DNA from: Candidatus Hydrogenedentota bacterium
GTDB lineage: Bacteria; Hydrogenedentota; Hydrogenedentia; Hydrogenedentales; SLHB01
Direction of reading: 5' to 3'
Assembly: GCA_963745075.1 (NCBI GenBank)
Contig: CAVUWV010000024.1
Coordinates: 256,001 to 320,000, forward strand
Length of the DNA: 64,000 nucleotides
Part shown: one piece after another, positions 53,242-60,366 of the stretch
Layout: the number at the start of each line of letters is the position of its first letter
How positions within the stretch are numbered: the first letter of the stretch is position 1
Made by a program: the position numbers and the translations under genes
Notes under the pieces: generated by a model
What the model saw: only the letters and a program-made list of their open reading frames with translations
The model's database searches: none
Told to the model about the DNA's origin: nothing

Positions 53242-53700
53242 ATGGAACCACGAATCAGCATCATTACTCTGGGCGTCAATAGCATGCCGGTGTCGATCCG
53301 ATTCTACCGTGACGGGCTCGGATTCCCGACCGATGCGACGGACGACCGGAACTGGGCGATTTTCCGTACCAATGGAACGCGTCTCGCGCTTTACCCGAAG
53401 GCTGAACTCGCAAAGGACAGCGGCCCGGACACCACCCCTGCGGGCGGATTCTGCGGGATCACGCTGGCGCACAACGTCTCGAGTCGGGAGGACGTGGACA
53501 GGATCATTGAGCAGGCCGTCGCCGCCGGCGCCAGCCGGCTGAAGACTCCATCCGAAACGGAATGGGGGGGATACAGCGGGTATTTTGCCGATCCCGACGG
53601 ATATCTTTGGGAGGTCGCCTGGGGCGATGTTTGGGAGTATGACGAGAACGGAACCCTCTGGGGTGGATCACTGGGACCCAAACCATCACCGAACAAGTGA
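53242..53700 (+). CDS. VOC/glyoxalase family protein (gene-cassette ORF)
   Basis: ISIITLGV, FYRDGLG, ITLAHNV, WGGYSGYFADPDGYLWEVAW. Confidence 0.92.
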   Translation: MEPRISIITLGVNSMPVSIRFYRDGLGFPTDATDDRNWAIFRTNGTRLALYPKAELAKDSGPDTTPAGGFCGITLAHNVSSREDVDRIIEQAVAAGASRLKTPSETEWGGYSGYFADPDGYLWEVAWGDVWEYDENGTLWGGSLGPKPSPNK

Positions 53701-53752
53701 GTCCACGTTTTTTGTCGCCGACGCGCCAAGACCGTGATTCATGACATTCGCC
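53688..53752 (+). mobile_element. Integron attC site with mutated R' box
   Basis: R'' ACCGAAC, 5 nt, L'' AGTCCACG, centre, L' CGTGATT, 6 nt, R' ATTCGCC; R'' is the exact complement of GTTCGGT at 53222-53228. Confidence 0.75.
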
Positions 53753-53802
53753 GCGCAGAAAGGAGGCATCCCAACCGAGAAGTGCCTTCCGCTCTTCTGA
53801 TT

Positions 53803-53886
53803 GATTTGCAATTCAGATATTCGGGGCTTCGGGTTGCACGCCGCGGTCAAATTCCAAATCCGAATCACGAAATCCGAAACAAATCC
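53803..53886. repeat. Degenerate heptamer arrays (AAATCCG-like and complement)
   Basis: gatttgcaattcagatattcggggcttcgggtt and aaattccaaatccgaatcacgaaatccgaaacaaatcc. Confidence 0.55.
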
Positions 53887-53993
53887 GGATGGCCGAGAGG
53901 AGAAGGACCGAAACGTGGTATCGTGAATTTCCGAGCATGCACGCACGGTCTCGGCGGTGCAATGCAGCCTGGGTACGAGCGACCAGAAGCTGC

Positions 53994-54031
53994 GATTTCG
54001 ATCCCGATAGCGATCCCGATTTGGATGGGAA
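53994..54031 (+). repeat. Solo copy of the CGATNN hexamer arm
   Basis: GATTTCGATCCCGATAGCGATCCCGATTT identical to 54601-54629, with GATGGGAA downstream in both copies. Confidence 0.85.
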
Positions 54032-54053
54032 AGCGGAGGATGATTGAACATTT

Positions 54054-54147
54054 TGCGCATACAGGCTTTCGGTCAACATTGCCGGAGGGGCTGGTGCTGC
54101 GATCACGGGGCCTGAAGGTGTTATGATGAATCCCGAAAACAGTTGTT
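54054..54147 (+). other. attI-like leader, copy B
   Basis: Homologous to 53130-53224; ends GGTGTTATGATGAATCCCGAAAACAGTTGTT. Confidence 0.55.
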
Positions 54148-54156
54148 GGGGCTGAA

Positions 54157-54640
54157 CATCGAAATCGAAATCGGGATCGCTATCGGGATCGAAGAAATAT
54201 GGGACTTGGACACGAAAAGCTTGACGTTTACCGGCTTTCCATTGGCTACGTGGCGTGGGTCTACGAGAAGGCCGACAGCCTGAACGGCGTTCATCGAGCG
54301 GCAAGGGACCAATGGCTGCGTGCCAGTCAGTCGATCCCGTTGAACATCGCCGAAGGCAACGGCAAGACGGCCGCCGCGGATCGGCGGAGGTATTTCGAGA
54401 TTGCGCGAGGCTCGGCATTGGAGTGCGCGGCGATTCAGGATGTTCTGGTTGTCGGCAAGGCCCTGGATAACGTCGAGAGCCAAAGCCGCAAGGGGGAATT
54501 GGATCGTATGGCCGCAATGCTCAGCCGGCTGGGCGGAAGGGGCTACCAAGTCGGCGAGGAGATTGCCACGTACGGAAGCAGCGAAGACGCGTTCGATGCT
54601 GATTTCGATCCCGATAGCGATCCCGATTTCGATTTAGATG
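54157..54640. repeat. 37-bp inverted repeat arms bracketing the four-helix-bundle gene
   Basis: 54157-54193 is the reverse complement of 54604-54640 with one mismatch. Confidence 0.9.
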
Positions 54641-54678
54641 GGAAGGAATCCCAACATAGCGGATGCGCTGGACGCTGA
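54199..54678 (+). CDS. Four helix bundle protein (23S rRNA IVP / bAvd-like family)
   Basis: HEKLDVY, DQWLRASQSIPLNIAEG, FEIARGSALEC. Confidence 0.92.
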   Translation: MGLGHEKLDVYRLSIGYVAWVYEKADSLNGVHRAARDQWLRASQSIPLNIAEGNGKTAAADRRRYFEIARGSALECAAIQDVLVVGKALDNVESQSRKGELDRMAAMLSRLGGRGYQVGEEIATYGSSEDAFDADFDPDSDPDFDLDGKESQHSGCAGR

Positions 54679-54709
54679 TTCTTCGCGTCAGCGATCCTTG
54701 TCGCTGCCA
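54649..54709 (+). mobile_element. Integron attC site with mutated R' box
   Basis: R'' TCCCAAC, 6 nt, L'' GATGCGCT, GACGC/GCGTC stem, L' AGCGATC, 6 nt, R' GCTGCCA; CCCAACA complements TGTTGGG at 54144-54150. Confidence 0.7.
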
Positions 54710-54825
54710 AATTTGCCATTCCCTCCCCCTGCATGCTAGGCTATCGTGTTTGTTTTCAACGCCCAAGCATTCCAACACACCTCCTACCGGGATCGATGGA
54801 AGTAGGGTAGAAAGGGGTTTCAATT

Positions 54826-55581
54826 TTGAGAAGGCCGCTCGTAGCTGGAAACTGGAAGATGAACCACCTCGTGGGGACGGCGGTGGAGACTACCAACGCG
54901 CTGAAAGCGTTGGTGGCGGATGTGGATTCGGTGGACATCGTGATTTGCCCGGTGTTTACGGCGCTGGACGCGGTCGGGAAGGCGGTGGCCGGGTCGAATA
55001 TCCAACTCGGCGCGCAGAATTGCTATTTCAAGGAAAGCGGCGCGTATACGGGCGAGCTTTCGCCGCAGATGTTGCAGGACGTGGGGTGCACGTGGACCAT
55101 TATCGGCCACAGCGAACGCCGGCAATACTTCGGTGAAACCGATGACGTTCTTAATCAAAAATTAAAGTTTGCGCTGGGTGCGGGGCTCAAGGTCATGTTC
55201 TGCATCGGCGAGACGTTGGAAGAGCGCGAAGGCGGCAAGATGAACGACGTGCTCATCCGCCAGGTGACCAACGGATTGCAGGGCTTGGCGGAATCGGATT
55301 TCGCGAACATTTCCATCGCCTACGAGCCGGTGTGGGCCATCGGCACGGGCGTGACCGCTTCGCCGGAGCAGGCCCAGGAGGCCCACGCCTTCGTGCGCGG
55401 GTTGGTCAAGGATCAGTTTGGTGCAACCGTCGCGGACGGTTTGCGGATACAATATGGTGGCAGCGTCAAACCGGACAACGCCGCGGAACTCATGGCGAAG
55501 CCCGACGTGGACGGTTCCCTCGTCGGCGGCGCCGCCCTCAAGGCGGAAAGCTTCGCGGGTATCGTGAAGGCGTCGATCTAG
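54826..55581 (+). CDS. tpiA: Triosephosphate isomerase
   Basis: AGNWKMN, GHSERR, AYEPVWAIGTG, YGGSVK, LVGGA. Confidence 0.97.
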   Translation: MRRPLVAGNWKMNHLVGTAVETTNALKALVADVDSVDIVICPVFTALDAVGKAVAGSNIQLGAQNCYFKESGAYTGELSPQMLQDVGCTWTIIGHSERRQYFGETDDVLNQKLKFALGAGLKVMFCIGETLEEREGGKMNDVLIRQVTNGLQGLAESDFANISIAYEPVWAIGTGVTASPEQAQEAHAFVRGLVKDQFGATVADGLRIQYGGSVKPDNAAELMAKPDVDGSLVGGAALKAESFAGIVKASI

Positions 55582-55597
55582 GAGGCTGATAGCAGCG

Positions 55598-56206
55598 ATG
55601 CTGAATCTCATCTTTTCGTGGAATACCTTGTGGGTCATCATGTGGGCCCTTTATTTGCCGGCGTCGATCGGCCTGATTATCATCGTGCTTCTCCAGAAGG
55701 GGAAAAGCAGCGGGTTCGCGGGCGCCTTCGGTGTCGGCACGGGATCGGAAACCGTGTTCGGACCCCGCGCGCGCAAGAGTCTGCCGGTGAAAATGACCTA
55801 CGTCATGGCGGGCTTGTTCATGTTCTTGGCGATGAGCATGTCGTTGGTGGCCGGTCGCGTACACCGCGGTGTCGCGCCCGGAGAGGTGAAAGTCAGCGAG
55901 ACGGATACGGCGAACGACATCTACAACGATCTGCTGGATGGCACCTCCTCTACGGAAGCGCCGGCGGAGTCGACGAGTACCACGCCGGAAACGGCCGGTG
56001 GCATGGGCGCTGCGGAGACGACGCCCGAGAGTGCCCCGCCGATGGAGTCAACGGGTGAGGCAAGCCCGGAACAAGCCGCGACCCCGGAGGCGTCGTCTGA
56101 GAGCACAGCGCCAGCGGAAGCTCCGGCCAAGGCGGCCCCGGGGGAACCGGCGCCTTCCGAGCCCAGTGCCGCCTCTGGCGATGACGGCGCCAAGAGCGCC
56201 AACTAA
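55598..56206 (+). CDS. secG: Preprotein translocase subunit SecG with long acidic tail
   Basis: VLLQKGK.SG.AGAFG, second TM after K.T; follows tpiA. Confidence 0.88.
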   Translation: MLNLIFSWNTLWVIMWALYLPASIGLIIIVLLQKGKSSGFAGAFGVGTGSETVFGPRARKSLPVKMTYVMAGLFMFLAMSMSLVAGRVHRGVAPGEVKVSETDTANDIYNDLLDGTSSTEAPAESTSTTPETAGGMGAAETTPESAPPMESTGEASPEQAATPEASSESTAPAEAPAKAAPGEPAPSEPSAASGDDGAKSAN

Positions 56207-56231
56207 GTTATCGCATTTTATGTCATTAGTT

Positions 56232-56271
56232 CCGGCCCAAGGCGCACACTGGCTTTGGGCCGGTTGTTTTT
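56232..56271 (+). terminator. Probable Rho-independent terminator
   Basis: CCGGCCCAAGGC...GCTTTGGGCCGG followed by a T-rich tract. Confidence 0.7.
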
Positions 56272-56326
56272 CATCTATATGAGGTTGACGAAAGTGCCGG
56301 TGAGCGTGAGAAATCCCGAGAAATCG

Positions 56327-56483
56327 ACATCCCCCTTGATCCCCCTTCAAAGGGGGAGGGGGCCGGCCGAGTTTATTGGAGTTTTTGGGAGTGCTGAGCC
56401 AGGCCTGGATTCTCTGTGGTGCGCTTCAAACGGAGGTCCGACACTTGTCGGTTCCCCCTTTGGAGGGGGATCAAGGGGGATGT
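56327..56483. repeat. Inverted pair of 31-bp CCCCCTT-type repeats
   Basis: ACATCCCCCTTGATCCCCCTTCAAAGGGGGA and its reverse complement (one mismatch) at 56453-56483. Confidence 0.85.
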
Positions 56484-56549
56484 TTTTAAGTTCCCCTCAC
56501 CAGTCGCAACCTGAGTCCTCACGACCTTCGGGGGAAGGAGCGCGCGTCC

Positions 56550-57803
56550 GTGGATAGGATTCTGATTCGGGGCGGACGACCGTTGCGTGGCTCGGTGCAG
56601 GTGCGCGGGGCCAAGAATTCCGCTTTGCCACTGATGGCTGCATCCATCCTCGCGGAAGAGGCCTGCACGCTTCACAACATTCCGTGCCTCCACGACGTGT
56701 TCACGATGGACAAGCTTCTGTCGTCCTTCGGGGCGAAGATCGAGTTCACCGGCCGCTACATGACCATCGACGCGTCCACCCTCGAATCTTGCGTCGCCCA
56801 TTACGATCTCGTCCGCAAGATGCGCGCGTCTTTTTTTGTACTGGGACCCTTGCTTGGGCGCTTCGGCAAGGCCCGGGTTTCCTTGCCCGGCGGTTGCGCT
56901 ATCGGCACACGTCCCGTTGATATCCATCTCAAAGGATTGGAGGCGCTCGGCGCGTCGATTGCCATCGAAGACGGTTACGTGTCCGCCGAGGGGACGCTGA
57001 AAGGCACGGACTACTCGCTCGACTTTCCCAGCGTGGGCGCGACGGAGAACCTGATGATGGCCGCGAGCCGCGCCCGCGGGGTCACGCGATTGAACAACGT
57101 GGCGCGGGAACCCGAAATAACCGACCTCGCCCATTTCCTCAACGCCATGGGCGCGCAGATTTCCGGCGCGGGCACGGACCTGATTACGATTGTCGGCGTG
57201 GACGCCCTCGGCGGCACGGAACACGTGGTCATTCCGGACCGCATCGAAACCGGCACCTTCCTGATCGCGGGTCTTGCGACCGGCGGAGACGTGACGGTCA
57301 TGAACGCCAATCCCGATCATCTGCCGACCTTTTTGAACAAGCTCCGGGAGGCCGGCGGCGACGTGGAGGTCCACGGTACGCGCATCCGGGTTACCGGCAA
57401 AAGCGGTCTCAAGGGCACTGACGTGACCACGCAGCCATTCCCGGGGTTTCCGACTGATTTGCAGGCCCAGATGATGTCCATGCTTTGCGTGGCCGAAGGG
57501 GTCAGCATCATCCGGGAATCGGTGTTCGAGAATCGCTTTATGCAGGTGGCCGAATTGATTCGGATGGGGGCTGAGATCGATCTCGACGGCAACGCTGCGA
57601 TCGTACGCGGCGTGAATGCGCTTAGCGGCGCCCCGGTGATGGCGTCCGACCTGCGGGCGAGCGCGGCGTTGGTCGTTGCGGGTCTCGCAGCCGCCAAGGG
57701 GGAGACCTCCATCGCGCGGGTTTACCATATCGACCGCGGCTACGAACGGATTGAAGAGCGCCTCGCCAGCATCGGCGCCGATATCGAACGCGTCCGCGAC
57801 TGA
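56550..57803 (+). CDS. murA: UDP-N-acetylglucosamine 1-carboxyvinyltransferase
   Basis: GAKNSALP, MRAS, LPGGCAIGTRP, SVGATEN, PGFPTDLQ, DLRA, IDRGY. Confidence 0.97.
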   Translation: MDRILIRGGRPLRGSVQVRGAKNSALPLMAASILAEEACTLHNIPCLHDVFTMDKLLSSFGAKIEFTGRYMTIDASTLESCVAHYDLVRKMRASFFVLGPLLGRFGKARVSLPGGCAIGTRPVDIHLKGLEALGASIAIEDGYVSAEGTLKGTDYSLDFPSVGATENLMMAASRARGVTRLNNVAREPEITDLAHFLNAMGAQISGAGTDLITIVGVDALGGTEHVVIPDRIETGTFLIAGLATGGDVTVMNANPDHLPTFLNKLREAGGDVEVHGTRIRVTGKSGLKGTDVTTQPFPGFPTDLQAQMMSMLCVAEGVSIIRESVFENRFMQVAELIRMGAEIDLDGNAAIVRGVNALSGAPVMASDLRASAALVVAGLAAAKGETSIARVYHIDRGYERIEERLASIGADIERVRD

Positions 57804-57873
57804 GACGGTGTGCATGGGGCAGGGAATGTGTGGCCATGCGCGGTTTTGATTCAACGATAGCTTTCCATAGAAC

Positions 57874-57954
57874 GTCGTCCTGAACGCGAGCGAAGGATCT
57901 CCAGCCAGTCTCAATCAGCGGCTTTCAGATCCCTCGTTCCGTATCCAGCACGAC
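57874..57954. repeat. Degenerate REP-like element (GTCATCCTGAGC..GCGAAGGATCT type)
   Basis: GTCGTCCTGAACGCGAGCGAAGGATCT ... AGATCCCTCGTT...CAGCACGAC. Confidence 0.6.
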
Positions 57955-57975
57955 GGAAAACGAGCAGGTACGGAC

Positions 57976-59283
57976 ATGATAAAAGTAACGGAAATCCGAG
58001 ACGATGCTACCTTCGAGGCCGTGGTCAAACGCATCACCGGCCGCGGCGAGGACAACGAAGCCGATGCCCAGGAAGCGGAGAGACTCGACGCGACTCAGGC
58101 CATCGTCGACGACGTCAAAGCGCGCGGCGACGCCGCTGTCGTCGATCTGACCGAACGTTTCGACGGCGTAAAACTCGAACCGGATCAATTCGAGATCACT
58201 GTCAAGGACATGGACGCGGCCATGGCGGGCGTCGACAAGGAAACGCTCGCCGCGCTCGAACGTGCCCATGACAACATCTCGAAATTCCACAAGAAGCACC
58301 TTAGGCAATCTTGGGAAGAGACGGCTCCCGACGGGACCATCCTCGGCCAGCGGATCACGCCAATCGAAAGTGTGGGATTGTATGTCCCCGGCGGTACGGC
58401 CTTCTACCCCTCGTCGGTGCTGATGAACATCGTGCCTGCGCGTGTGGCCGGCGTGAAAGAGTTGATCATGGTCTCGCCACCTTCGTATGAAGGGAGCATT
58501 CATCCGCTTGTCCTGGCGGCCGCCCGGATTGCGGGGGCATCGCGCGTCTTCCGCATCGGTGGAGCGCAGTCTATCGCCGCGCTCGCCTACGGCACGGAGT
58601 CCATTCCATCCGTGCTCAAGATCGCGGGACCGGGGAACATTTACGTGACGCTCGCGAAGCGGCTGGTGTCGTCGATCTGCGATATCGACAAGGACGCCGG
58701 ACCGTCCGAAGTCGTGGTCCTGGCAGACGCGACCTCGGATCCCGACCAGGTGGCCCTCGAGCTTCTTGCGCAAGCCGAACACGATGTCGACGCGCGCGCC
58801 ATGCTCGTTACGTCGTCGGCGGAATTGCTCACGTCCGTGCGCGAGTCCATCACGAATCACCTCGATACGTTGTCCCGGGCGACCATTATTCGCAAGGCGC
58901 TCAAGGAATGCGGGGAAGTCTTTATCGTTCGGACCATCGAAGAAGGCGCGCAGTTGACCAACTTAATTGCGCCCGAGCACCTGTCCATCCAGACCGAGGA
59001 TCCCCGCGCCCTGTTCGATGCGATTCCGAACGCGGGCTGTGCGGTCCTCGGCGGCGGCACCTCCGTCGCAGTCGGAGACTACTACGCAGGGCCGAATCAC
59101 ATCCTGCCTACGGGGCGCAAGGCGCGCTTTTCCTCGCCCTTGACGGCGGAGGATTTCCGTAAGGTTACCAGTATTATTTCCTTTTCGCCGGAGCGTATGA
59201 AAGAAGTGGGGGACGACATCATCCGGCTTGCTAAGGCCGAGAAGCTCGATGCCCACGCCCGCGCCGTGGAGATTCGCAAATGA
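57976..59283 (+). CDS. hisD: Histidinol dehydrogenase
   Basis: GLYVPGG, YPSSVLM, GGAQSIAALAYG, AGPSE, QAEHD, APEHL, GPNHILPT. Confidence 0.96.
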   Translation: MIKVTEIRDDATFEAVVKRITGRGEDNEADAQEAERLDATQAIVDDVKARGDAAVVDLTERFDGVKLEPDQFEITVKDMDAAMAGVDKETLAALERAHDNISKFHKKHLRQSWEETAPDGTILGQRITPIESVGLYVPGGTAFYPSSVLMNIVPARVAGVKELIMVSPPSYEGSIHPLVLAAARIAGASRVFRIGGAQSIAALAYGTESIPSVLKIAGPGNIYVTLAKRLVSSICDIDKDAGPSEVVVLADATSDPDQVALELLAQAEHDVDARAMLVTSSAELLTSVRESITNHLDTLSRATIIRKALKECGEVFIVRTIEEGAQLTNLIAPEHLSIQTEDPRALFDAIPNAGCAVLGGGTSVAVGDYYAGPNHILPTGRKARFSSPLTAEDFRKVTSIISFSPERMKEVGDDIIRLAKAEKLDAHARAVEIRK

Positions 59284-60354
59284 AGTACGGCCGCGAAATC
59301 CTTGCCAACGTAGAGGGCTATGTGCCCGGCGAGCAACCGTCGGGTTCCGTCATCAAGCTGAACACCAACGAGAATCCCTATCCGCCGTCCCCGCGCGTGT
59401 TGGACGCGCTGTGGTCTCTGGCCGCGGAGAACGTGCGCAAATACCCGGATCCGGTGTCGCTCCGTCTGCGCCAAGCCTGCGCCGAACGGTATGCGTATGA
59501 GAGCGCTGATTGGGTGATTGCGGGCAACGGGATGGACGAGTTGCTGTCGCTGGTGATTCGTACCCTCGTCGATCCGGGCGACACGATACTGTCGCCCTAT
59601 CCGACGTACACGCTTGTACGAGACGCTCGCGGCCCTCCATGGCGCCAAGTATACGACCGTGGATTTGGGTGATCGCTTCCAATTGCCGGAAGAATTCTTC
59701 TCGACGCCCGCGAAACTCTGTTTTCTGCCGCGCCCGAACGCGCCCTCAGGTGTCTGTGCGCCGCGCGAGGCAGTGGAACGGCTATGTGCGTCTTTCGATG
59801 GGGTGGTCGTGATTGACGAAGCCTACGTGGATTTTGCAAACGACAACTGCATGGATTTCCCTCAACGTTACGAAAATGCCATCGTGATGCGAACGTTCTC
59901 AAAGTCGTTCAGCCTGGCGGGAATGCGTTTGGGAGTCGCCGTTGCGCGACCGGAAATCATTGCGGAGTTCTTGAAGGTCAAGGATTCGTATAACCTGAAT
60001 CTTGCAACGCAGTCCGCCGGCCTCGCCGCGATTCAAGACTACGACTACATGCTTTCCAACGTGTCGCGGGTTAAGACCACGCGCGATCGGCTTTCGGCGT
60101 CGCTGCGGGATTTCGGGTTCGACGTCCCCAAGTCGGAATCGAATTTCGTGCTGGCCCGGTGGAATCGTGAGCCGTCCGCAAAGGAAATCTTTGAAAGGCT
60201 GAAGGAGCGGTTAATCTACGTGCGGTATTTCGACGCGCGCGGATTAGACAATGCCCTTCGGATCACGGTCGGCACCGATTCGGAAGTGGACGCCCTGCTC
60301 GATGCTCTGCGCGGTATCCTTTACGGAAAGCCGGATACCACCACTGGCGAATAG
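59280..60354 (+). CDS. hisC: Histidinol-phosphate aminotransferase (frameshift near 59610)
   Basis: YVPGEQP, KLNTNENPYPPS, DEAYVDF, RTFSKSFSLAGMRLG, LRITVG. Confidence 0.92.
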
Positions 60355-60366
60355 GTCGAGCAGCCG

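Noticed and set aside
53734..54126. 130-aa ORF between the VOC and four-helix-bundle genes
   Set aside because: Mostly translation of repeat arrays (PNPNHEIRNKS, ISIPIAIPI); only its last ~25 codons overlap the conserved leader.
53994..54640. Hexamer repeat copies as a CRISPR array
   Set aside because: Only three copies, mixed orientation, irregular long spacing and no cas genes.
54199..54678. Diversity-generating retroelement or 23S rRNA intervening sequence
   Set aside because: No reverse transcriptase, no TR/VR pair differing at adenines, and no rRNA sequence around the gene.
7125..57914. Long antisense ORFs (e.g. 7125-8612, 11629-12990, 28028-29818, 49794-51788, 56373-57914)
   Set aside because: Shadows of well-supported genes on the opposite strand, expected in GC-rich DNA; no motifs.
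45042..60354. gnd and hisC as true pseudogenes or programmed frameshifts
   Set aside because: Both halves are conserved, no slippery site is evident, and similar breaks occur window-wide; assembly error is simpler.
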